A DNA stretch of 64,000 nucleotides, taken from the NCBI GenBank assembly GCA_964106645.2, contig OZ067043.1. The stretch is one strand, 5' to 3'. Source of the DNA: Podarcis pityusensis. Taxonomy: Eukaryota. The notes below the pieces were generated by a model. That model worked only from the letters and a program-made list of their open reading frames with translations. It made no database searches and had not been told where the DNA came from. Of the stretch, positions 12,071 to 24,300 are shown one piece after another (position 1 is the stretch's first letter; the number at the start of each line of letters is the position of its first letter). The translations under genes and the position numbers were made by a program.

Positions 12071-15000
12071 CTTTAAAAAACACACACACACAAAAAATGC
12101 GGCTCAAAGTCAGTCACTATTATGGCATAGAAAACAGGGAGCCTGTGGTCATCCAGATATTACATGACTGCATCTCAAATTATCTCTGCCCATTGGCCAG
12201 GAATTGTAGTCCCAACAATCTGGAGAGTCACAGGCTCCCCCCCCCTGCTGTGAATGAAATCTCTGTTTAGCGTCTGTATATTTAATTCTTCTCAGCAGTT
12301 AAGTGAAATCAGGCAGACAGCTTGTCTCCATTATGACATTCCCAGAATTGCATTCTGTTTAGGACAAATTAATCCACATACCCCGTCTTCTCCATCACCA
12401 GTGCGTATTTAGAAACATTCTATACACACAATGAAAATATCTAACCCTAACAACAGATCATGAGAACAAAGGAGCTGGTTCAAAGTTTGAATAATTAATC
12501 CATGCTAAGTTAGCAGGGGGTGGGGCAGGAACCGCATGCACTGCTTTCTGCAATGGTATGCAGGTTTTCCATTAGAAGCAGGTACATATAAGATGCCAGA
12601 GTTCATTAACTTGGCTAACGGGCTCTAACTAGAATACAGCAGGCATAACTGAGTGCATAAAACAATTCTGCTTGATGCAAGAGACTTTGGGTTCCTTTGC
12701 CAACTAGATTAAAGCCCAAGAGAATCAGATATAGTAAATAGCAGGGTAGCAAGCTTCTGCTTCGTGTATCCATCCTAAATGACCTTTTCCTCCCCTCATT
12801 CAATCAACTGATTTACAGTAATCAATTCTGTGAATGAATAAAAATATGCTCCCACTTAGCTTGGCAAGCATTTCTTGGGTTTCTCTGCATTTCCTAGTAT
12901 AAACCTGGACCCCTTATACTCTCTCTTACCATCCATATTATCGTATTGGCGCAGCTCATGATCCAGTTGGCACTGCTGTTCCTCTAGTTTCAGCTCTTGC
13001 ACCCTATGGGGTAAAAAATAACAACTGAGAACTTTGGTCATTTATAATTGAGAAGCTCATGATCCACTCTTGAGAAGTCTTCCAATTGATTCTCCCTTTG
13101 TTAGTAACAGTCCTCTGTATACTGTCAGCTCAAATATCCATATACTTTAAGCCTCATTAAGAACAGACTATTGGGCAGGAGTTAAAGTAGTAATGAATAA
13201 GGCATGTCTGCCTTGTCTAACTGGAGCTTCCCAGGGAAAGGTCCTGTTGTCCCTGAGATAGCCAATACTTCTGCAGTTTACAGAGGCCTTTCTATCTACA
13301 GAACATTACCAGGGGAGTAGTTCTTCTATATACACATGGCAGACTTTCAACATAAGGTCTGGTCCAGTGCCAACTTTGCATGGGTTCATTCTCAGAATTC
13401 CCACTGCTGGTCTGCATCAGCCTCCCAGATGTTGCTGGACTCAAGCTCCCATCAGCCCCAGCTCATGTGGCCAGTGGACAGGGATGATGGGAGCTGTAGT
13501 CCAATGAAAGGCTGGTGTATGACACATTCTGCCAGCTGTATGTGTTTTGGTTCAAATGAGCTAACTGTTTAAAACCAAGCAAGGAAAGGGGACAAAAACG
13601 ACTTTTTTAAATGGCTTAGGGGACTAAGATCTGCTACTAGGTCCAAGAGCAACTCTAAACCCCTTCACCTCCCTTCCCCACCCTTGACTGGCACAGTAGT
13701 TCTATTCATGCTGTCTGTGTGACACACCATCTTCCAGCACTGAATATGAACTAGGTTGGGTTGTTAACGGCATTCAAGGTAGTGCAGGAACCAGAAGAAT
13801 GCCACTGGGGTAGCAAGAAAAACTGAGCACTACATGTGATAGTACAGGAAGGAGCAGTGCTGTGCCAACTCCCCTGTGATCAGAACTGACATGAGTACCA
13901 GGTCTCAAAACTATGAGAGGCATGGTCTCTTACGCAATCATGAGGTCAGACTCCTCGCACATCAGGCTGTTCTTCTTTTGGACCAGGGAAAGCAGCTGGT
14001 TCATCCATTGTTTTAGTTCAGCATCTGTTCCTGGAGGATAAAGGAGGGAAGAAGTTATCCCAGGAGTACAGCTGCCATTGCATGTATTATCCATAGACTG
14101 CAGCCTCACCCCCATCTCTCTTGGCGGAAGCCCAGGCTCTTACCTCTCTCTTCCCGCAGAGATCGCTCCAGCTCTATGCCCTGTTGTTCAAGCTCCCGGA
14201 AAGTCACTTCAATCTCTTCCAGCCTCCTCTGGATTGACTGGAATGCCCAAGCAATAAAGAGTTGGTCAAATGAAGAAAGCATTTCAAAGTGTAAGGAAGA
14301 GGAACCCAAGCACGGGTGGATAGCTTCCCAGAATAGCTGGCAGGAACTCTTATAGGGTAGTAGTACACTTTTTGGCAAAACCTGGCAGTGCTTATGATTG
14401 TCTGTGAAGCAAAAAATGCCCGTGTGTTACATCATTAAAAATCTAAGGGCATGATCCAATCCCTCCGGCACCTGAAACTGTGGATGTACAGGCTACTTAA
14501 GACTATAAGTGTAATTTAGTCATTTTACAGTCTCTTGAATATTTCTGCCATTAACTTTATATGTGCGTACCATTTGCAACAGTTTAGAACCTATCAACTG
14601 TTGTGAAATAACTCACAAAGGATTTATAACTATCACCAGCCCTCATCACGCTCATACAGTTCTATAAATTAAATTTTGAAATACTTTATACCATTAGTTG
14701 AATGAGCAAAATAGTCAACCTAGGGCTTCACACAGAAGGTGTTTCGGCACAGGAAGCAGCACACCATTTCCACGTAACCCAAACATCCTGCACCTGTGAG
14801 CTTCAACTGTATATATACTGTACACAGTAGTTATATACAGCCTTCCAGAAGCAGGTCTGCTTGAGATGTTTTATTATTTAAAATCATTTCTAAACTGCGA
14901 CCCTATTTTAACATCTCTAAGCGGTATGAAAAAATACAACATAAAAACCAGTAAAACAGTTTAAAAATTAATTAAGAACCTGGCACAATCTTCTGGCGCT

Positions 15001-15324
15001 TGGGCTCATGGGAGTTATCCTCCCAATGTTCTGAAGTGCATCACATTCCAGTTTCAGGAAGCCTAACCTACTTATATGGGGTGGGGCATTAACAGTGGGA
15101 GCAACTAGGGTACAAGAGGAAAAGTGGGGGAAGCTAAGTGAGAGTTTACATCTAAATTAACAGGAAGAGGGCTCCAAAGTGGAGAAAATATGTGGTGCAT
15201 GGGTGATACTAAAGCCAGGAACTGGTACTATCAAGCCAGTGGAAATGGGCTATTTCACATTAGAAGTGAACACTGTTTTTTAGTCATTCGTTCATTTGTT
15301 ACAATCCAGCTTGGAAGGGTGTGT

Positions 15325-15372
<48 letters not shown>

Positions 15373-18300
15373 TAAAGGGCAGATTAGAAGTCCATTAAAT
15401 AATACTTTTTATACAGGTCAACAATGTCACACATCATTAGTCCTGGTATAGGGCAGCTCCCCATTTTATGCAGCAAACACAACAAGGGTGATTCCCTACC
15501 CCTAGTGAATCTTTAAGCATTCCTGCACTGGAAACCCTTCCTGGAACAGCTGGATGTCTACACAATGAATTTTCTCTGGGAAATGGTTGTAAAGCTTGGA
15601 TATATGCAAGCAAACATTCACCACATAAAGCGTGCAGCTGTTTATAATAACAGGGAGAATCTCTAGAGACACCTAACGGCCTCGGGGCCTGAGATGTGAA
15701 ATAGCAGGCTGCAAGGTATCTGAAGCTTCCACCCTTAATTTCTGCAGCCCCATTCCTCACTGGGACGATCCCTGTAAAAGTATCAGTGCCCATCCACCAG
15801 CGGAGCATGCAAGTCTTACCTGCGCTTTGCAAAACCTTTTCATTTGCGCCTCTTTGGCTCGTCGCATCAGTGTCTTCTTCCACGTTGGATACTGAGGTTC
15901 TTCAGTGAAGCTCAGGAAATGCTGCAGCCACAACACACAAACAAGAATCAAATGAGATGTTTTTAAAAGCCGCTGTCCACCATCTAAACTGCAACCACAG
16001 TTTAGGGCTAGACAGTGACCCAGCCCCGTTACAAGAAGGTACAAAAATAAATACATAAGCCCAAGGTGCTTGGTATGACATCACTGGGGAAAAGACGAGT
16101 GAATTGTTATCGCAAAATCGAGAGCAACTTAATGCTCAGAGTCTAAGTCTTGCCTACCCTGCAGCTGCAAGAAGTCTTGACAGAGTGACTCACTCTCCAG
16201 TCAAAACTTGTTGTGTAGTCAGGACCATACCCAGTATGCACAATGGAGAGGGTTGTCTTCAGGGCTTTGTGAGGTTCTTGTTAGTCATCCTTTCAGAACA
16301 CAGATGTCTGCTTCTGTTCTTACAGACCCCCAAGCCAATTGCAGCCCCCTTGAGGGGGAATTCCAAATATTCGTCCTTTTCCAGATGTGTGTCATAAATT
16401 TAGGGCCTAGCACCACCCATCCAAACTGGGGATAGGGAGGAGCTCCATGGATAATAAGGTGCCTACTGGAGCTTCCAACCAGCCACACTACTTGGCCAAC
16501 TACTTCTGAGATTCCCTTTGTTGATGTGAAGTGCTGGGAGTGTGAAAGACTTGTGGCCTGTTGCCATTGAGATGGAGGCGATGGGGCAATGGGAGGGGTT
16601 TGGGGAAGAAAAGAAGAACGAAGATGGGGGTGTACAGAGAAACCTGTAGGGTAAGGAAAGAGAAAAGGGGGGGGGGTAACAGATGTGGAGAAACTTGTGA
16701 CAGTATAGGGGAAGAAGAGCAAATGATGGGATGCAGACTTTTTAAAAAATATATAAACACAAAAATTAATAGGCTAGAGAGAAAAAGAAGGGAGAAGGTG
16801 AGCCTGTTGAGTCAGAAAACAACAAAAAAGGAGCTACGGAGAGGGAGAAAAGTGAATTTTTTTGGAGAGGGGAGAGAAAAAGTAGAGTTAACAGAAGGGT
16901 GGTGAGAGGAATCCCATGATTTGCTGAAGAGATTATGTTAAAAACCGAAAGAAAATGCTCTCCTGCTGTTAAAAGCAGAGAATTGAAGAGTTGGAAAGGA
17001 CCACAAGGGTGATCTAGTCCAACCCCTTCAAAGCAGGAATATTGCCCAACACAGGGCTCAAACCCATGACACTGAGATTAAAAGTCTTATGCTCTACCAA
17101 CTGAGCTATCCCAGTTTTGCTATGTTTGGATGTCATGATGATAACACAGCCCTCCTAAATTACTGAAAATGAAAATGGTCCTGAAAATGGCTTGAGTCGT
17201 GCTTGTCTGCTGTGCTGGAATTGAAGTTTGGGCTTCTACACTCACAATATATGCTGCAAGATCTTGGCTCGTTGCTTCTTCCTCCTCTTCTTCCTCTTCA
17301 CTGTCACTGTCAATCTCCAGAGAATCTGTCAAAAACAGGACAAGAGAAAAATATTTCATTCCAGTGACTTGTGGAATGACGCCATAAATTAAAGGGTGAT
17401 TTGGGGGCTGGGGGTGGAGTGAAGCTATCTTTTATAGCTAGAGATATCCAAGAGAAGAACTGGTTTTATATAATGAAGTGGGGTTCCTCATCACCAGTTA
17501 GTACTGCAGTGGTCTGAGACCCAGAATAAAACTGCTTCATAGAGGCCAGTGGATGCTGGTAGTATAGCCCTTAAACATTTATGAAGCATTAATAGAACAC
17601 AGCACGTGCTTCCTGTTTTATGGTCTCCAGAAAGAGGACAAAGGTTAAGAAAGATAACAGGAAAACACAATATGGGAGGGTTAACTCCCATGTCAAAGAA
17701 CAGAAACAGGTCTGGTAAGCTATGTGAGTTGGATTACGCAGGCAATGTGGAGAATGCTGCTGCTGCCGCCACCGCCACCGCCACCTACTTAAACCATCTT
17801 AAAGGATGAGGGTTTATTAGAAGACACTACCATGGAAGTGGACCAGAGTAAACAGCTCTCTGGGCCACAATGAAGGCAACTCTGATCTGCTAACATCCCA
17901 AATGCTTCCGTTTCAGAAGCAACAAGCTAAATGTTCAATGTCACAAAGAATAATGTGTTTTAATATGGGATTGCACAGTGGAGAATCCCATGTGAGCAGG
18001 ATGAACATCGCACAGCACACACAAATGGATATGCTACTCAGGAAGCCCTGAAGCCATATGCAGCTGTACAGGAAAGAGCACATGGTGACAGCTGAGCATG
18101 GCCTTTGACGCTTAGGTTTAAAATCAAAGGTGGGGGAGCCATTTCAATGGCTCTGATGTTGTTCAGGTTTTGCTGAGGTTTCCTCCCATGTTTATGGTCT
18201 GCCCCAAACTTTGGGGATAAGGCATATGATATATAAATAAAACAACCTTCTGAGATGGTGCTGAAGCTGCGTTCTTCTATTTTCATATCTGGAAAGTGAA

Positions 18301-21300
18301 ATGAGGCTGATATTGGACTCAGTCGGGATAACTCAAGCTTTTCCAGGGCTGACAAGCAAATCTTTTTCTTTGGAAGATTTTCACACTCCTTCTGTTCTAG
18401 TTTGGGGCTCTGAGCAGTTGGCACCTTTCCAGAAAGAAAAGGATCTGTATCAGTTCCTTGAATTCCTGTCACCAGGCTGTCACGTGTCTCTTCTTGGGAC
18501 TGGCTGCCAGTCCAATTTTCTGGTTCAAGTCTCTCTCTTTTTGGACTGGCCCTGTTTCCATCTCTGCCTTCACCTACAACCTCTGAAGCTAAACCAGCCT
18601 CAGAAACAGAGTCCCCCAACTTCTTGTCCACCTCCACTAATGGTTGACGATGTGGATGCCAGGATGAGTTCATAGTACAAGAGCCTCCATTTACTCTGGC
18701 TGGGAGTAAGCTGTGGCCTTCAGCAGCTGATTTATGAAGTTCTGTAGGTTGACCTGTTGGCAGCTGATCTTTGAAAGACAGCAGGTTCTCATCCAGGCTT
18801 GGTTGATATGGACCCTTTTCCATCTTCTTGTCCTCAGCAGCCAAGTCCAGAATGCCTTTGTCTGAAGGAATGAGGAGTTTGGAGGAATCCTAGGGAGACA
18901 AAAAAGCCAGTTTTCCAAGCAAGCAAGTTGCAAGGCTGTCGCCCATGAGCGTGACAGGAAGTAACATGGAATACGCTACTGGACAGAGTTACTAGGTTAA
19001 TTATCAGCTAGGGAGTGGCCTTGCTAGTCAGCACCAAATGCTTCCAGTTCTGAAAAGGCATCCATCCCACTCACCTTACGTGCTGCTCTGACAGAGGTTG
19101 TGCTGCTGGGCGTAGTTATGTCCTTGGAGGTAGGACAGTGCAGCATGCAGTAGAAATTACCTAGGAGTAAAATCAAGATAGCCATAATCAGGTAGGGTAT
19201 GTTGCTTTCATTCACCTGACTTGCCAATAAACATGACTGCCAGGGCAGATTCAGATACCTCAAGGAGAATAAAAGCAAATGGTGCAAATGAATCTTGATA
19301 TGCACTTGCAGGAAGTAGAGACACAATGCAAAGAAAGGCAGCCAGTTTGGATTTCAGAGAAATCAAACAATGCCCCCATCTGCACTGACGGCTGTGCCAT
19401 TCAGGCTAACCAACTGCGTCTTCTCAACTCCACTCACCGTCGTCTTCATTGAAGGCGTAATCCCCCAGCCGCAGTGTCGTCTTGCAGCGGTGACACTTGA
19501 AACAGCCACGGTGGAAGAAGCATCCCTCCGCGCTGACTCGCTCCAGGATGTACACACGATCTCCGCAGAAATAGCAGGCATCGCTGCTCCTCACTGAGGA
19601 GGTGACAGGGCTCTGCCAAAAGACCAACACCTTTAGGACCACACGTTCCAAGTCATCTTGTGCTTTGGTTTCAAAATACAACCCAATGAGACACATTAAC
19701 AAATATCCACAAGTTGTTGGACTACAACTCTCATGATCCCTGAGCTCCTGCTGGGATGATGGGAGTTGTAATCCAACAACATCTGGGAGAGCTGCTGGTC
19801 CCCCACCCCTGGTAATGGTAACAGCCCTCTGGCCTCTCTGCCTCCAACATCTAGCAATGACCTCACTCCATCCCGAGTGAGATAAACATATCAGGCAGCA
19901 TTACAAGTTACATTCCAATGTCTTCCTCCAAGAAAACAGCCTCAACAAGACAATGACTACAAGGTCCAGCAAGTCGTTCCTTTCCGTCAGATAAGAGGAA
20001 GGGCGGGTTTGAGTCTCGAGAGAAGAGAGCTGCCAGGCTCTCTGCCAGCATGTAACTGCAGCAGATGAATGCAATAACAATCTTCGTTTTTTGCCCAGTG
20101 ACATCTGGCTTCTTCCAGGCCTAACAGCTGTTTCAGCTTGGCTTATGCATGAGAGCTAGCAGCCTGCAGTCTGATACAGGGAGGAACATTTAGTAGCCGC
20201 CCTGAGTGTGGGCAAGTGGTCAGCCTTCATAGGCAGCATCCAACCTCCTCGCAACTGTTTTTTGCCTCCAGTGTATCCTACCAGCCAGAATTCTGGTGCA
20301 ACTTTTTTTGTGAAAAGGGAGGAAATCAATGTTTCTTTGAGCACTTAAAAATAAATTTGTGGTGGGCCACAGCAAAGTTCAAATTGGAACTGAGGCAGGG
20401 TGGGATTTCCCAAATGACATTTGAGTTCCAATTTTCACAGGTGGAATTTGACCCTTGGGATCAGTCTTTGAACTGCAGTCTTAAAGTTATATTACTCGTC
20501 TGGCAGTTGCAGTCAATAAACTGCATGCACTGGATTTCCCATCATGTGTTAAAAGGTCAGAAAATCTACAGAGTCAATAGCAATGACTCAAATAAGGAGG
20601 GTTATGGAGTTTCCTTAAATGAAACTCCCTGAAATACACACTGGATTAAAAAATGGAATTTTTCAGAAGCAATGAATTTTCAGAAGCAATGAATTTCCAT
20701 TCCCAACACTACTCTGGACCCAGACATATCTAATGTTAACTTCACACATAACCAGATTCCTGCAATGAAGGCATTTCCATGTAGAAATTCACAGGGAACC
20801 CAAAATGTAACCATAATGTGAGAAGATGCTGCACTCAAAAGAGTTCCCCTCCCCCCCCCCCGTATATTCATGCAATGGGAAACTGCAGATGGCTAAAGCT
20901 TCCCGCGGGCAGTGAAATACCACAGGAGTTTGGTATACTATGATCCACATGCAGATTTCATGTTCATTTTTTCAAGCCAGTACCTTCCATGTGGAATCAT
21001 CACATATGACATCCTCTAAAACTTGTCTAGTACCAGATGAACCCCTAAGTGCAATGACGGAAGAACTTACCCCAGCCTCTTGCTTGGTCTTTTTGGCTTG
21101 GTCACCCACTGCAGAGCTCTCCTGCAATCGAAAATTATGACTTTGGAGCAGCAGAAAAGACAGAAGGCCAAAGTCACTTGGCTCCTGCAATAAACGTAAC
21201 CCCCACTGCCAGCCCCCCGTCCTGTGCTTCTTACTAGGGACATCTGAAAATGGGGAGAGCTAAAGTGATCTGGGAAGAGATCATACCAGCTGCCAAAGGG

Positions 21301-24300
21301 CCACTAGCCAGCACATAAGGCACAAACAAACACACTGCTGGGAATGTCTGGTGATGGGCTAGCAATGGCTGTGGAGAGAGACTCACCAGGGCACGTTTAC
21401 GTGAGAGAGAGAGACTTTTCTGAAGCTTGCTGAGGAAGAGGATAGCTCCCTTGGTACCACGTGTCGACAGAATCGTCGAACTTTTCTCTTCTGGTACTGG
21501 AAGAGAGAATGCAGTGTTTAGGAACTTGGGAAGCTGCCAGATACTAGTCCGTCTAGCTCAGTACTCTACTGTCTACAATGACTGTGGCAGCAGCTTTCCA
21601 GGGGTCCCCGAACTACCTGGAGATGCTGCAGATTGAACCTGGAATTGAACCTGGGAAGAGTCCCCAAGGACCAGGCAGAGAGGCCTGGAAACAAGGTTCC
21701 CCACTCCCCTTGTGAGGCTTTCCTTGTAGGAAAATCCCCAGGACTGGGTTCCTTGGGATTCTCTACCTGGAGAGTTCTTGAAGGCATCATAAAACTGGCT
21801 CAGGTAGGTGATCAAGCCAAGCCTCTGAGGTTCGGACATCGAAGCCATTTCAGTGCTGGAGAGGACCGGAGGGATCCCTAGCTCTTGCTCTGCCACGTCT
21901 AAGGCCAGCTGGTTGTTCCCAATGGGGTCGTTCTGGTTGAGTGTGTTGACGTCTCTAGAGAAGGAAGATACAAAGTCAAGGTGACTGACAGGACTTAGCC
22001 CAGACTGAGAGAAACTTTAACCAGACACCTGAAGCAGAAGGTGAAGTGTGTGACGGTTTCTTTAAAAACGATAGCAGCACAACTCCCAGCTCATGACAAG
22101 CTGGCTTGTGTGAAGCGGCTGCCATGTGTATTACTGGGCACCAGGAGGCAGTCACACAAATTATGTTTCACTTTAAACAAAACAGGAAAACCACACACAG
22201 CACTGCTTCCAGTAATGGGATGTCAGCCAGCAATCTTCCCACCCCTGTTTTAACAACCTTGCTCCCATCTCATTTCACTATGCAAGGACAGGAAGACTCC
22301 CTGTCCTTCTCTTGATCACCAAAAACAGGCAAATGAAATGTCGCTGCCATCCTATCTGGCAGGCAAGACTGTGAAGCAACAGACTCCCAGGTTGGGGAGT
22401 CTGTGGCTTTGTGGCCATCAACCCCCTGAAACACACTCTAGGAATTGAGAAACATGCAGAGACTGCTTTGTGGTGGGGCGGGGCACCTTTTTCAGACTGA
22501 AGACCATACTCCCTTCCCACAGCCTGGGTGGAGTGTCCCATGGCAGTGGCAGGCAGGGAGACCAGCAGCAAAAGTGGGTAGAGCAATTAGTGTAAATTCT
22601 ATCTGTATAGTAGCTGGTTTCTTCACACCTGCACTTCCCTCTCTCTCCTCCATCCAGGTAAGTGAGAGGCCTGATCGGATCTCAAGACACATCCCAGCCA
22701 GGCATAGGGACTCAAGGAGGTGCAAAATAAAGGATGTCATGTGGGGGAAGTCCCACAGGAGAGACCTGGAGAGATGTGTTTGGCTCCTGGGCCTGAGGTT
22801 CCCCATCCCTGCTCTGTGGCAACATAAACATGAGCAGAGGCATCTTTTAAAGTCACATCTGCCTTTATAGCCACCCTCTTTTTTGCCGTGACTGGTAAGA
22901 GGGAGGGAGGAAAGGATGGTTGCTGTGGGGAAGAGGCTAGAGAATTGATACCTCTCTAGATCAGCAAGGCAAAAGCTACCAGCAGGCCACAAGGTCCCAT
23001 GCCTGGCCTAGCTTGACCCTGACATCTGAGGCTCAGTGGACTCCCCTTGGTTCTGAACCTCCAACACAAAGGAAGGCTAGGATGGAAGCGTTCAGCTCTG
23101 CTTTTCTGAAGTAGAACTGTATAGAGTAGGAGAGTTCCGCTTACAACGCGAAGGCAGCAGCACCATGTGGTGATTTCTAGAGGCGGGGTGGGGGATAGAT
23201 GCTGAGCTTCCCAAAAAGGGAGCAAATCACCAGGTCAGTAATGGAGATCTCTAGGCTGACTAGATCTGTGGCTCACACACACAGCTGCTATTCCAGCATC
23301 AAATGGCAACTTGCATGTGTGTGTGAGCCACCACAGATCAAACTTCTTGCAAACCTCTGCATATCACTTTGTATATAATACATTTCACTGCAGTCCATTC
23401 ACACTCTCAGCTGTGTTATAAAGAATTAAGAAATAAAGGCATATATGGACTAGCCCTTAATTTAGGCCTTTGGGATACACAGTTTGCTGAATGTGTGTGT
23501 GATTTAGAAAAAAAAGCACTTAGCCACAGAATAAGTTGACCTGCACAACAAATTTAAAATACTTTTTTCTACAAATGGACAGTATAATCACTCTGAAGTA
23601 GCATTTCCTGAGTGGTACAGCAATGGCTAATTGTTATGCCTTTAGATAGTTTGCCTCTAATGTGGGCACATTCCCTCCCTCCAGCAAGGCTCACTCACAG
23701 AAGATCTGGTCGGAAGTGATGTATGAGGGCACACAGGGCCAGGCCACTTTTCCAGGAGGATGTGAAGTCTTCTACCTTGATGCCATGATAATTTGCTGTA
23801 TTAGTTTGACACCAGCTAAGCAGCTCCTCATAGGCTCTGTTGGAATCTGGAGAAGGGTGGATGAAGGATGATGGAGAGGAGAGAGAGAAAGAGCAAACCA
23901 AGCTAAGGGTACATGAAAGAGGGCCACTTGGTCCAGTTCCCAAGATGTACCTAGTGACAAGCAGGTATTGGGAACCTTTCGGCCCAATCTTCTTCCGCCC
24001 CCTCCCCCAGGGGCCAACTCTAATCTTCTGATGTCATGATGGCATCAGATGACTTGATGGATGGGCAGTCCAACCCATATAGCCAAGGTGACTCATAGGA
24101 AAGGGGTTGGCAAAGCAGCACCCAGCAGGACTGAACCCTCCACTCACCATTCCCTGCTTGGGCTACACTTGTGAAGCAACACCCAGCTGGATTGAAACCA
24201 CCTCCCACCAGTGACATCACCCAGTGACATCAGATGATAGACAAGTGGGCATGGTTTGGGAGGGGAAATGACCTCATGACTCCAACTGGACCCCCTGGCA

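Noticed and set aside
16978-17112. tRNA-Lys gene (also 34439-34579)
   Set aside because: Stems and B box are degenerate and the sequence runs into a CR1-like tail; it is a SINE, not a functional tRNA
5200-19810. Many short imperfect palindromes (ggactacaactccc / gggagttgtagtcc at about 5.2, 11.15, 12.15, 13.45 and 19.7 kb) as a repeat-spacer array
   Set aside because: Dispersed, irregularly spaced copies of decayed hAT-type MITEs; not CRISPR-like
20658-20697. 18-bp tandem duplication ttttcagaagcaatgaa
   Set aside because: Ordinary slippage duplication in an intron, with no sign of function
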